A DNA stretch of 63,612 nt, counting the filler, from Octopus bimaculoides (lineage: Eukaryota): NCBI RefSeq assembly GCF_001194135.2. It is 4 parts of 3 records of this genome, joined end to end, with 100 filler letters (N's around TTAATTAATTAA, not from the genome) between each part and the next. Parts side by side here need not be neighbours in the genome. Positions count along the whole stretch, not along the records: positions 1 to 15,714 come from NC_068989.1; positions 15,815 to 30,886 come from NC_068998.1; 2 more parts are not named here. One strand, 5' to 3'. The stretch's first letter is position 1. Each line of letters begins with the position of its first letter. The notes beneath the pieces were generated by a model. The model saw only the letters and a list, made by a program, of their open reading frames with translations. It was not told the origin of the DNA and ran no database searches. Position numbers and translations under genes: made by a program. Below are positions 11,845-23,735 of this stretch, piece by piece.

Positions 11845-12620
11845 TCCCATTCTTTTACTTGTTTCAGTCATTTTGACTGTGGCCATGCTGGAACACCGCA
11901 TTTAGTCGAACAAATCGGCTCCAGGACTTATTCGTTGTAAGCCTAGTACTTATTCTATCGGTCTGTTTTGCCGAACCGCTACGTTTCGTGGCCCACAAGC
12001 ACACGAACATCGGTTGTCATACAATGCTGGGGTACGGGACAAAAAAAGACACNNNNNNNNNNNNNNNNNNNNNNNNNNNNNNNNNNNNNNNNNNNNNNNN
12101 NNNNNNNNNNNNNNNNNNNNNNNNNNNNNNNNNNNNNNNNNNNNNNNNNNNNNNNNNNNNNNNNNNNNNNNNNNNNNNNNNNNNNNNNNNNNNNNNNNNN
12201 NNNNNNNNNNNNNNNNNNNNNNNNNNNNNNNNNNNNNNNNNNNNNNNNNNNNNNNNNNNNNNNNNNNNNNNNNNNNNNNNNNNNNNNNNNNNNNNNNNNN
12301 NNNNNNNNNNNNNNNNNNNNNNNNNNNNNNNNNNNNNNNNNNNNNNNNNNNNNNNNNNNNNNNNNNNNNNNNNNNNNNNNNNNNNNNNNNNNNNNNNNNN
12401 NNNNNNNNNNNNNNNNNNNNNNNATATATGCACACGTATATATAAATGCGTACGTATCTATGCATATTTCAGTATCCGTTCCCCAAATCCACTCACAAGG
12501 CTTTAATCGGCCCGAGGCTATAGTAGAAGACACTTGTCCAAGGTGCCACGCAGTGGGACTGAACACGTCACCCGGAACACGGGACGATGTGGTTGGCAAG
12601 CATACAGCCGCTCCTGCGCT
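11845..12620 (-). mobile_element. SINE family A split by an assembly gap at its internal microsatellite
   Basis: Tail module 11845-12052, N gap, head 12475-12620, all colinear on the minus strand. Confidence 0.85.
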
Positions 12621-13103
12621 TATATCGCCACATTTTTTCACAAGAACACCATCTGTTCATTTAGTAAACACTGTAATGAAATCTGACATGACTCGGATGT
12701 CCGCGTCTGGAAAAACGGACAAAGAGATACTTCTGTGGATGTTAAAAACATGGTCAGGTGTGACAGTGTCCGAGGTTGACGCTAAGTGCTATTCACGAAG
12801 TGCTCGTTTCTAGAAGGAGTGTTATATTCTCCGTGTTTCAAATGCCATTTATTTCAGTAGTGTGCGCATATATATGCTTGAGCTTATACAGACATACCAA
12901 GCGCGCTCACTCACACACACGTGCGCGCACGAACAAATACACACACGTATAATGTTTGAAGTTCCGATGAAGCTATTGAGTGATGCGCAAGCTTTCATTC
13001 TATGAACGCATAGCATCTTAAAGCAGAAACAGCTGTAAGCTAATGAAGTGCATAGCATAATATTTTGCTTCTTTGTCACTTTATCATTTTAATTTCCCTC
13101 TCA

Positions 13104-13135
<32 letters not shown>

Positions 13136-13948
13136 TACATATGCACATGTGTTTTGATGTGAGTGTGTGTGTGTGTGTGTATGTGTGTGTGTGTGTGTGT
13201 GTGTGTAGTTTAGCTTGATGTAGTTTTCATTTTTATAAAAACTACAGTTAATTAGCGTCTTTATTGTTACATATATTTAAAATAAATTTAATTTGCCCAA
13301 GTTTTAAAATACAGTGCTATATTAATTCTCTTCAATAGTCTCTTCATTGCCAATTCTTTCTTTTTCTTCAAAAACAAAATTTATTTTAACATACCAAATA
13401 TAAGGAAACATATCGCTCATAATTTTTCTCTATCANNNNNNNNNNNNNNNNNNNNNNNNNNNNNNNNNNNNNNNNNNNNNNNNNNNNNNNNNNNNNNNNN
13501 NNNNNNNNNNNNNNNNNNNNNNNNNNNNNNNNNNNNNNNNNNNNNNNNNNNNNNNNNNNNNNNNNNNNNNNNNNNNNNNNNNNNNNNNNNNNNNNNNNNN
13601 NNNNNNNNNNNNNNNNNNNNNNNNNNNNNNNNNNNNNNNNNNNNNNNNNNNNNNNNNNNNNNNNNNNNNNNNNNNNNNNNNNNNNNNNNNNNNNNNNNNN
13701 NNNNNNNNNNNNNNNNNNNNNNNNNNNNNNNNNNNNNNNNNNNNNNNNNNNNNNNNNNNNNNNNNNNNNNNNNNNNNNNNNNNNNNNNNNNNNNNNNNNN
13801 NNNNNNNNNNNNNNNNNNNNNNNNNNNNNNNNNNNNNNNNNNNNNNNNNNNNNNNNNNNNNNNNNNNNNNNNNNNNNNNNNNNNNNNNNNNNNNNNNNNN
13901 NNNNNNNNNNNNNNNNNNNNNNNNNNNNNNNNNNNNNNNNNNNNNNNN

Positions 13949-14005
<57 letters not shown>

Positions 14006-14660
14006 TGTATATACGTATGTATATTATATATGTATATGCATGTATTTATATTTACATAATTGCAAACATACAGACAAGCACTGGGCTTTCACGCAGATTC
14101 TGTCTCCTAAACTTGTGCTCACGGCACTAGTCAACCGGTACCTACTGTATTATAGAAAGTATTTGGCCAAAATTCCGCGTCGTAGGACTGAACCTAGAAC
14201 CCCAACGTTTGCAATTTCCATCTACTTATTTACTCCATTCTCCCTCACATGAAGACTTCCGGTCTGAAGTTATTCATCTGAATTGTTTTTATGACTTGCT
14301 CATGTTCACATCGTAAATATGGTTTACAACAGCTGTTCGTCTGTCTTGATCTCCGTTTTCTTTATATGTATACATATGTGTCACTGTTTAAAATCTTGTA
14401 CATCTATTTATAACATACATTCGTACAATATTATGTATATATACGTATGGCATATACACGCACGCGATACGTACACATGTTTATCTTTATATTTGAATTA
14501 TTATGATGCTTATATTTATGTCTACAATCATAATAAATATCCGTAAAAATATATATATTAGCTACCCACACACACCTACATATATACCTACATACGTATG
14601 TACATATGCGCGCGCGCGTGTATATGTATACTTATATATATATTTTTGTATGTATGAATG

Positions 14661-14749
<89 letters not shown>

Positions 14750-14769
14750 GTGTGTGTATATATATACGT

Positions 14770-15310
14770 AAAATCACTTCATATTTGACACCACTGTATA
14801 CCGACAAACATTTAGAATTGCGATGGGACCCAAGGTAGCCCCCGTTCTCGCAAACATGACAATGGTTTATATAGAACTAGCAACATTTCAGAAGTCACTC
14901 ACAAAATTCGGAAATCCCTTTTGCCATTACATAAAGGAAAACTGAAAAAGATATTTGGATGACTGTTTTATTCCATGGAATGAGAAAATGGAGAGGTATT
15001 TTGGAAATCAAAAGACTTCTCAATTGCATAAATACAAATGTACAATTCACAATGGAACACAGCAAAAAGGAACTCCCTTTTCTAGATATACTAATGAAAA
15101 AAGTGCATAAAAATACAAAGCAACATAGTTTACAAGACTACAGACTCGAAACAATATTTATTATTTAGCTGGCAAAATCATGCGAGTAATCAAGGAACGG
15201 ATCGGCTTCTCTTCCAGGTTGGGAGTTCATAAGCCTTGGAAACATGGTTACCGACCATTATGAGTTGGAATGATAACTTTACCTTTAGCTAACCGCATCA
15301 AATAACAAGG
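14770..15310 (+). mobile_element. Penelope-like element reverse transcriptase fragment (pseudogenised)
   Basis: YRQTFRIAMGPKVAPVLANMTMVYIE...KEN*KRYLDDCFIPW / INTNVQFTMEHSKKELPFLDIL / VYKTTDSKQYLLFS: PLE AMG and RYxDD motifs. Confidence 0.85.
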
Positions 15311-15611
15311 TACATACAGATAAACAATTAAACGGCACTTTAGTGAATAGGTAAACCCTGAGTTCTCTTCAATTGATTTCATGCTGTATGTAGAGTAGAT
15401 GATACACAACAGATCCTTATGAAGAATGGAGAATTTATACATCTTCAAAATTTCTGCATTACAGTATTACATTAAATCTCCATCCAGTTTAATGAGAATA
15501 ATATTGTAAGAAACGCGTTTTGAAGATGCATTAATTCTTCATTCTTTATGATATCTTGTTATATTCATATATACGTACAAACATACATACATTCATACAT
15601 ATACGTTTATA

Positions 15612-15714
<103 letters not shown>

Positions 15715-15814
15715 NNNNNNNNNNNNNNNNNNNNNNNNNNNNNNNNNNNNNNNNNNNNTTAATTAATTAANNNNNNNNNNNNNNNNNNNNNNNNNNNNNN
15801 NNNNNNNNNNNNNN
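15715..15814. other. Artificial 100-nt gap: 44 N + TTAATTAATTAA + 44 N (same at 30887-30986 and 60889-60988)
   Basis: Identical geometry three times; the 12-mer has stops in all six frames. Confidence 0.95.
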
Positions 15815-15824
15815 TATATATTTA

Positions 15825-15990
15825 TATATATATATTCTCTCTCTGTTTATTTTCTCGTGTTCCTTTCTGTTGGAGAGAGTAGGCTCGAAACGTAAAAGAC
15901 TTTCTCACCTTCCTGCGCATTAAACTAATACACCTGTTTGTTGTTTATACACCTGTCTTCGTCTTTTTTCTTTTGTAAATCCGCCCCTGT
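15825..15990 (+). mobile_element. Short PLE pLTR-like repeat carrying a degenerate hammerhead-like motif (15863-15898)
   Basis: CTTT CTGTTGG A GAGA GTAG GCTC GAA ACGT A AAAG; homologous to 28770, 45490 and 57605; TA/CT microsatellite flanks. Confidence 0.65.
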
Positions 15991-16039
15991 CTCTCTTTCT
16001 CTCTCTCTCTCTATATATATATATATGAAATAATGAATG

Positions 16040-16108
16040 TAGTCCACGGACCCCAGTACTACCTTTGCGGACCACCAGGGCTCCACGGATCCCATCTTGG
16101 GAACCACT
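16040..16108. mobile_element. hAT-like MITE terminal fragment
   Basis: GTCCACGGACCCC...GGGAACCACTG (reverse complement CAGTGGTTCCC). Confidence 0.4.
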
Positions 16109-16330
16109 GACCTAATCCAATAGATACACTTCGTAATTGCTATAATTGGTCATCAGTTTAGATTCCAACCTCAAAGCTGAAGCTGTAGCTAGGGATCTGT
16201 AATGGGCTTCCGGGTCGGCAGGTATATGTTAAAGGGAAAGGAAAACAAAACAAAGTGAGATGAGCATCTCAGGTCATTAACAAAATTTTATTAGATTAAG
16301 ATGAGTTAAAAATGAAGTAGAAGTAATGAA

Positions 16331-16408
16331 TGTCTTACAGCTGTTTCTCGGATATCCCAGGTAATGGATCAACATCTCTATACACCGGGTATTCTGTTAT
16401 CAGAGACA
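16331..16408 (-). ncRNA. Type I hammerhead-like motif with extended stem II (degenerate) in a probable PLE pLTR remnant
   Basis: Minus strand TGTCT CTGATAA [CAGAATACCC..28 nt..GGGATATCCGA] GAA ACAGCTGT A AGACA: 5-bp stem I, perfect palindromic stem III, GUA triplet. Confidence 0.55.
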
Positions 16409-16804
16409 CGGTGTGTATGCAGGAAAGTTCAAAACAGAGAATTCACAGTATATAGAAGAATAAAGATAAAAGAATAAAATTCACATTTCATCTTGCTCAG
16501 GAGGCTATGGGGGTTAATCCGCACTTCTGAGAAGATAAAGCTTCTTAAGTATAATCCAGGTAAATCCAGGCAGTATCTTGAATGATACATTCAGATTGAA
16601 GGAACAGATTAAGTAGTTGGCGTGTAAGAAGAATGAACCGCATGAGTGTATAACGTGAGAGAAACAGTTAGATAGGCCAAGGCGGTATAATAGACAGGTA
16701 GACCAGAGAAAAAGGGGGTGGTATGAGTGAATGAATGGAAGAAAAAAAAAGAAAGAGAGAATAGTAGAAATGAAGACAAAGATAAAAAGAATAAGTAATG
16801 AAAA

Positions 16805-16846
<42 letters not shown>

Positions 16847-17079
16847 ACAGCATGTACACATTGGGCTGAAAACCTTTATGGATAGCAAAATTAAATGCTT
16901 CCACGTGTCGCTTGAAACGTAACTTTTTTTTATCCAAAAGTTTTTTTTTTTTATTTGGCTCAATGTTTGTTGCTTCGAGATATACTATTCCGAAATCGAA
17001 TTATTTCCAATTCTCTCGAAAGCTTATAAAATTTATTTTGGTGCCAACTATATATATACGTTCATCTTTATGTGTTGGA

Positions 17080-17290
17080 TTATAAATTTGGCCCTGGGCC
17101 AGCAATTTCAGGGAAGGCTTAAGCCGCTTACATCGACCCCAGTGTCCGACTAGTACTTATTTTATCAACCCCAAGATGATGAAATGTAAAATCGATCTCG
17201 GTGGAATTTGAACTCAGAATGTAACGACGGGCAAAACGCTGCTAACTGTTTTAGCCGGCGCGGTAACGATTCTGCTGTCTCATCGCCTTA
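17080..17290 (-). mobile_element. SINE family C
   Basis: ATCGACCCCAGTG..GATCTCGGTGGAATTTGAACTCAGAATGTAACG. Confidence 0.8.
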
Positions 17291-17309
17291 TTCACTCGTG
17301 ATAGCTTCT

Positions 17310-17705
17310 ATCTTTCACCTGTTTCAGTCATTAGTCTGCGGGCTTGCTGGGGCACCGCCTTGAATTTCTAGTCGAATGAATCGACCACAGGAGTAATTTT
17401 TCAAGGCTGATACTTATTCTATCGGTCTCTTATGCCGAACCGCTACGTTACGGGGATGTAAACACACCAACACAAATTAAGTGGTTATGGTGGGGAGGAT
17501 AAACACGGACACGGGGGCGCGCACATACACAATATATATGCAACGGGCTTCTTTCAGTTTCCGTCTACCAAATCCACTCACAAGGCTTCGGTCGGCCCGA
17601 GACTATCAATAGTTGAAGACACTTACCCAAGGTACCACGCAGTGGGACTGAACCCAGAACCATGTGGTTGGGAAGCAAGCTTTTTACCACAAAGTCACTC
17701 CTGCG
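17310..17705 (-). mobile_element. SINE family A, near full length
   Basis: Reverse complement of head and tail modules. Confidence 0.9.
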
Positions 17706-18319
17706 TGTTGACTACAGAGTAAAGTTTCGTCATGTGACTGTTCGCACGGAAATGAAATCGCGAAAGAAGGTAACTATTAATTCAAAAAACATTAAATATT
17801 AATNNNNNNNNNNNNNNNNNNNTATATATAATTAATCACATGACAAGTCTTTTCTATTCTTGTTTATTAGATATTTCCTTTACTTAGCTTGCCACATATA
17901 GAAAATATCTGATGTTGATGTCTATATTTTTTAAAGAAGTGTGTTTATATTTTTGCAAATCATATATACATTCTTAATTGAATGTCTTTTGATAAAGATT
18001 CTTTCCTATCTTGCTAATTAATTTATGATCTGATCCAGTAATTAACCTACAAAACATTAGAAATTAGATAGAAAATCAGTCATCTATTATTGTTGAAATG
18101 CCTAAAAGAATCTTACAAATCACAAAACAAACACAAACTACTTACGTTAATTCATTATAGATAAATGCATTCTTAAGATTGTATCGTTTGAATGGCAGTT
18201 TATTGGCTGGATAGAACATTGTAGTTGTCAAAAATCTTATACGATTGCCATTCACTTTTAGAAATACGTGCATACATACATACATATATGCATATATACA
18301 TACATACATGCATACATGC

Positions 18320-18393
18320 TGGCACTCCGTCGCTTACGACGTCGAGGGTTCCAGTCGATCCGATCAACGGAACAGCCTGCTCGTGAAATTAAC
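18320..18393 (-). mobile_element. 3' end of SINE family D
   Basis: GATCCGATCAACGGAACAGCCTGCTCGTGAAATTAACG is identical to the sequence starting at 42700. Confidence 0.75.
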
Positions 18394-19262
18394 GACTCAC
18401 ATGCAGCGACTGCATTTGAAGAAGCTCTCTGCCGACGCTACTGGTTTTTCCTTCCGAGGAAGGCGCTTTTCCTTGGTGGTGACTTCCTGCTATTCTTCCA
18501 TTCGCTCCATCCCCTTTCAAAGTATTTGATTCCAGTGTGTGCAATCATTTACAGCCTTCTCCCAACTGAGAACGTCCAGATCAAGCAACTTCATATCCTT
18601 CTTACAGACGTCCTTCAGACGAAGATGAAGTCGTCCTAGTGCTCTTGTGCCGGTGGTTTTTTTAAGATCCTTTCGTCCAGCATGCAGTGTACATGACCGA
18701 GCCAACGCAAGCCACTCTGCTGGAGCAGGGTGAGTATGCTGGGTTTTTTTGGGCGTGGTAGAGGACTTCGGTGCTACTGATGTGGACGATCCACTTGATA
18801 TCCGCGATACGTTTCAAATTACAAAGGTGAAAGGTGTAGAGACGGCGCTCCTGTCTAGAGTCGAGGCTCAACGTCACACTGCCATAAAGTAGTGTACCAA
18901 GGACGCACGCCTTATATACGGCAATATTGGTGTTTGCAGCCAATTTCTGTTTTCCCAGACTATCTTTGTGATCCTGGCATATGTGCAGGATGTCCGTCCG
19001 ATTCACCTGTTGATCTCAGGGTACAGGGAGAGCTCATCAGCGACGGTAGAGCCAAGGTAGGTGAATTCATGGACTGCCTCTAGCTTGTAGTTATTCGGGG
19101 TGATAGTGGTGTTGGTAGGGGTGCTTGGCACTTTGACCCAGTATTTCGCTCTTCTTCACTTTGATAATCAATCTGAATTCCTGACATGCCTTTGAAAGTT
19201 TGTCCATGAGGCGCTGCATTTGCTCCTCAGAATGCGCTGTTAGTGTTGCGTAGCCCGCATAC
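18394..19262 (-). mobile_element. RTE/Bov-B-like LINE, 3' part of ORF (decayed)
   Basis: YAGYATLTAHSEEQMQRLMDKLSKACQEFRLIIKVKKSEILGQ; VYKACVLGTLLYGS..RQERRLYTFHLCNLKRI; RLRLKDVCKKDMKLLDLDVLSWE; FKCSRC. Confidence 0.9.
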
Positions 19263-19699
19263 ATACATACATACATACATACATACATACATGCATAGAT
19301 GCATGCATACATACATACATACATAAACACATACACACATACATATGTATATGTGCATGTAAATATACGTACATATACACACATCTCAAAATGAAATACA
19401 CAGAATTTTAAAGATTTATTTCGACAAAGAAAATGATGTCATTTTAAAACATTTGACACTTAATCTAGTATGGAAAGGAAATACATGCCGTCTTTAATTG
19501 CTTAACCAGTTTGAACATCGTCCTAATGAGTAGTGGCCGCACAACGAAAAAGGCATAATGAGATGTATCTTTTTTTATTTTCAAGATGCTTGCATATATG
19601 CGTGTATGTGCGTGTATGAGTATACAAGTGCATGAATTACTTTGTCTGGAATGCACAGGGACTGTATAATCTGATTTAGTTCAGTAGGCTTACCGTGCA

Positions 19700-20420
19700 C
19701 ATCGCCATGAGAAAGACGAAAATAAATGGGTTTACAAGGTGTTCGCTTCTTTTATTATTCTACAGTTGCTGAATGGTAGGTGATGTTGAATCTCTTTGTG
19801 AGATAGAGATCATAAGATTTTGTACTGTTCTTAAATGTTTCGCTTGCATAACACGGTGCTTTAATGCGTTGGTTACTACTTTGTTCCCCTTTGTTCCCCC
19901 TATTTCCATATATAGTTTTAAAGGGCTGTGGAGTATTTAGCTTTTTAGCTGATTGTATAGAAGTGGAGTAGTGAGTTTGTGCAGGCAACGTTTGAGGGAG
20001 AATTCTGTACGCTCTCTATATTAGGGAGGATGTGTTGTTGGCAAAGGCATTCGTAATATATTGATTTTCTCTGGGCACATCATGCTCGGGTGGGGGAGGG
20101 GAAATATCTGTTTCAAGAATTGCATGTGGCCTCTGTTCGCTCTCTATATTAGGGAGGATGTGTTGTTGGCAAAGACATTCGTAATATATTGATTTTCTCT
20201 GGGCACATCATGCTCGGGTGGGGGAGGGGAATATCTGTTTCAAGAATTGCATGTGGCCTCTGTTCGCTCTACGTTTGATTACATTTGTTTCAGCATTGTT
20301 ATTCTTGAAACAACAGACATATTATTGCAACAGCTCTCGTTAAACCAGCTGCTGTGTTTCTGGAAGAGCTTGCGGAATTTATAGTCGTTCAAGAAATATT
20401 TTTTACTTAGAAATCAGTAA
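19700..20420 (-). mobile_element. Penelope-like element C-terminal (GIY-YIG region) fossil with an internal tandem duplication
   Basis: YKFRKLFQKH..SCCNNM; TEFSLKRCLHK..KYSTAL*NYIWK; KAP..STKSYDLYLTKRFNI, resembling PLE K+FN+NT+K+SYSC..NM, STxLSKY+W and CxLCLxEK motifs. Confidence 0.6.
20010..20270. repeat. Near-perfect tandem duplication (128 bp + 127 bp)
   Basis: 20010-20137 repeated at 20138-20264 with one substitution and one indel, then CGCTCT. Confidence 0.95.
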
Positions 20421-22084
20421 TGTTTGCAAAACTGAGATTTCGTATCGCTGCGGTAATGTGGGCTACACAATATAACAATATTTCTTTCTGTAATTTTAAC
20501 ATTCTTGAACGGTGTTGTAAAACATCTTATTCTTCCTGGCATCAAGTACGTGAGAGTGTCTCACTGTAGCGATCATCATTGTTCTTAATACGGTTCTATC
20601 AGAGAATAATGTTTAAATCCTTTTCCTGACGCCTTGCTCAGTTAGATTCCTGATGTTTGGTAGCTCGTTGGATTATGTATGAATACCGAAAATCAGTTTA
20701 AGTAAAACAGACAGTGAGATTACTGTTGCCAGGTTCTCGTGCATAATCTGTGTTTCATGTGAATTTTCATAGATACGATTCTATAAGATTCCGAAAAGTT
20801 GTATGGAACACATATTCTTACACTACCACATGAACAAACAGAATGTATGTAATTTATATATACATGTCTGTTTGTGTGTCTTTATAGTTATATAAACACA
20901 CGCACACACTCACACACGCACCCATGTGTACATGCATATATCGTGATAATTCTTATGAATAAACTGTAAGTGGAATTATATACACCTAATGTGAAGTTGT
21001 ATGTGTATATATGCATGAGTACACACTTACGTACACACATATATACATACGTACATACATGCATGCATATATATATATGTTTACGTGTTATATAAACTTA
21101 CATATATGTATAGCTATATAGATATATACATAAATGTACGCGTGCGTGCTTACATACATACATATCACACACACACAGACACACACAAACACACAGAAAT
21201 ACACATATATGTATATACACAAGTAATATAATTCCTAGACAAGTCAGGTCAGATATCAATCTACTGAAACTCCTCAGAAAATTTCTCATACAAACATCGT
21301 TAAATATTTCTGGTTTTGTGTTTTTATTTGTTTCTTTCCGAGTCTAGCATTCTAACGCTAAATAATTAGATCAACTTAATGGTTCATCAGTTTTGTACCA
21401 ATATCAATTTCATATAATATATCGATTCCAGTGCCATTCCGTGCCGAATGTCCGAACGTTTTCACCATAACAATAATAACATCCCCCATTTCATTTACTT
21501 CTCCAATTTTCTTACACTAAAATAGCTATTGTTATTGTTTGTACCATAAACATTTTCTTGTTATTCTCTAATTCTATTATTCCAGTTAAGTGGGCGGCAT
21601 TACAAATTAGATTGGGCTTACGAGTTGACAGTGAAATATGGTGAAACTACAGATCTGGAGATTGTGTCTTGGCTCGCGGAATTTCTAAAGACATAATTAC
21701 TACTAGATTCGTGTAATTATTATCATTTCATTTATTTATTTATATATATCATTACTGATGTAATTGAGATGATATTAGAGAAGGAAACATGATGATACTT
21801 GATGATAAATATTTCGGCTTATGTCTTGCAGGTTTAAATAGAGAATAGTTCAATAGTGTACAGTTGAACCGTCACTTTCGAGTTATTATTTTATTGTGAT
21901 GTCTACCACATTTTCTGTAATTGTTTTGAAAGTCTATGTTATGCAGAGAAGAAATACAGGGAGTTCAATCTAAGTTTGACAGTTTGTATCAAAGGGAAAA
22001 AAATATCCCATCCAATGAAGCATTTAAAAAAAAAATCGAAATATGTCAATTAAAGTATGGCTGGGAAATAAGAGCTTACTCAAG

Positions 22085-22922
22085 GTAGCTACCTCTTGCT
22101 AACACGGCGGTCTCCATACGGCTCTGCAAACTGGCGCATGTCTCCCTTACTCTCTTCTTGGGATCTTGGTACCCTGCTCAGCCTTGGAGTTGCAGGCAAA
22201 GCGGGTGGTTTTCTTTCTTCACAGCACCTCATGCATAGTAATCCATGTGATTACAATCGAGTGAATCAGGAGGTCCCAAGTTGCTGGTGAAGTCGTAACT
22301 GGTTTCCGACAACCACTTCTGACTCCGGCCAGAGGTATCTCAAGCAGCCGCATCCTGCTGCCCCACATATAGCCTTCCAGCAGCAGTATTTGCTTAATTA
22401 TCTAAAATAATATGCAGTAAATCAATCGTAAATTATTTTATTTGATAATTAACATACATTTAAAAATATTATTATAAAATATTTGCTCTCACAATAAAAT
22501 TAAAATCAAACAAATATAATAATATATATATTAATTTCAATTATTAATATAATGAAAACAACATTATATTTACTAAAAAATGTATATCAGTTAACAAGTA
22601 TAGATTAAATGGACAAATATATAATCTACATATCTATACTTGATATCTTATAATTATATACAACAGTCTCCAACAGCTTCATATAGTCGTCTGAATTTAA
22701 ATTAAGGCATTTGTCCTGCAGTTGTTAGACGAATTTCGGCGTGGGAACGCAGTCAGAATGCCGGTTGTGTCACTCCAGCTCGCTACATCTTCGTAGTCTC
22801 CGTTTCAGTTGTACTTATCACATCTTGCAGCCTTTAAAGTGTCCACAGAACATTCAGCTGTAGTGATGATGTCAGCATTTTGAAACCTTGTGCGAATCAT
22901 CATGACAGAGGCATCTTTTTTT
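22085..22922 (-). mobile_element. Tc1/mariner DD37D (maT-like) transposase fossil with an AT-rich interruption
   Basis: HSDCVPTPKFV; LNSDDYMKLLETV; AAGRLYVGQQDAAA*DTSGRSQKWLSETSYDFTSNLGPPDSLDCNHMDYYA*GAV. Confidence 0.75.
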
Positions 22923-23149
22923 CAATGTTCAGATGGTTTCCAGGCCTCCATGTAAGCAAACTGTTTCTCAAATACAACTTTAAGCTTTATACTTTCGAAC
23001 GCCCTAACTATTCATCAAAACATCAAGCTGCTCTTGATAAAAGGAAACAAATAATCGTCAAATTTAGCCGAAAAACATGTAGATTGCTCCTTGGCACCTT
23101 CAACCTTAACACCTCGACCCTACGGAAAATCTAGGATCTAGCAGCTGGA

Positions 23150-23286
<137 letters not shown>

Positions 23287-23289
23287 AGA

Positions 23290-23445
23290 GACCTCTGAAC
23301 CCTAGCATTGGACTGGTACTTGCTTTAAGTTGGCTAGGGAGGGACTACATGAAATGAAATACGTTATTCAAGGACAGCGCGCTGCGCTATTCAGGATTCG
23401 AACTCACAAACACACCCTCTCATGTCACAAACACTTTAACAACTG
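23290..23445 (-). mobile_element. tRNA-related SINE fragment
   Basis: CAGGATTCGAACTC (reverse B-box) with TTCAAGGACAGCGCGC and ACTGGTACTT. Confidence 0.5.
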
Positions 23446-23644
23446 GAAGAAACATCTTCGGGTTATAGTTTTAATCAGTCTTTGGTACGATATTTCTTCC
23501 ATGCTTTTCCTATGGGGTGTTCGGTTATATATGCAATGTGTGTGTGCATGTATGAGAGAGAGAGAAAGCGTGAGAGAGAGAAATAGAGAAAGAGAGTGAG
23601 AGACAGAGAGAAATAGAGAAAAAAAGGAGAGGGAAAGAGAGGGA

Positions 23645-23735
23645 ATAAATCCTAAATGGCAGTTGATCTCGGCAGGATTTGAACACTTGAATTCAGATCT
23701 CAGAATACCCGGAAGCAAGTACTGCAAATAAATCT
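23645..23735 (-). mobile_element. SINE family C fragment
   Basis: GGCAGTTGATCTCGGCAGGATTTGAAC. Confidence 0.5.

Noticed and set aside
13026-13039. GAAACAGCTGTAAG as another hammerhead
   Set aside because: No CUGANGA core or stem I at the correct spacing upstream
21624-21655. GTTGACAGTGA...GTGAAACTACAGAT resembles the miR-30 flank and loop
   Set aside because: No stem arms between the motifs; coincidental
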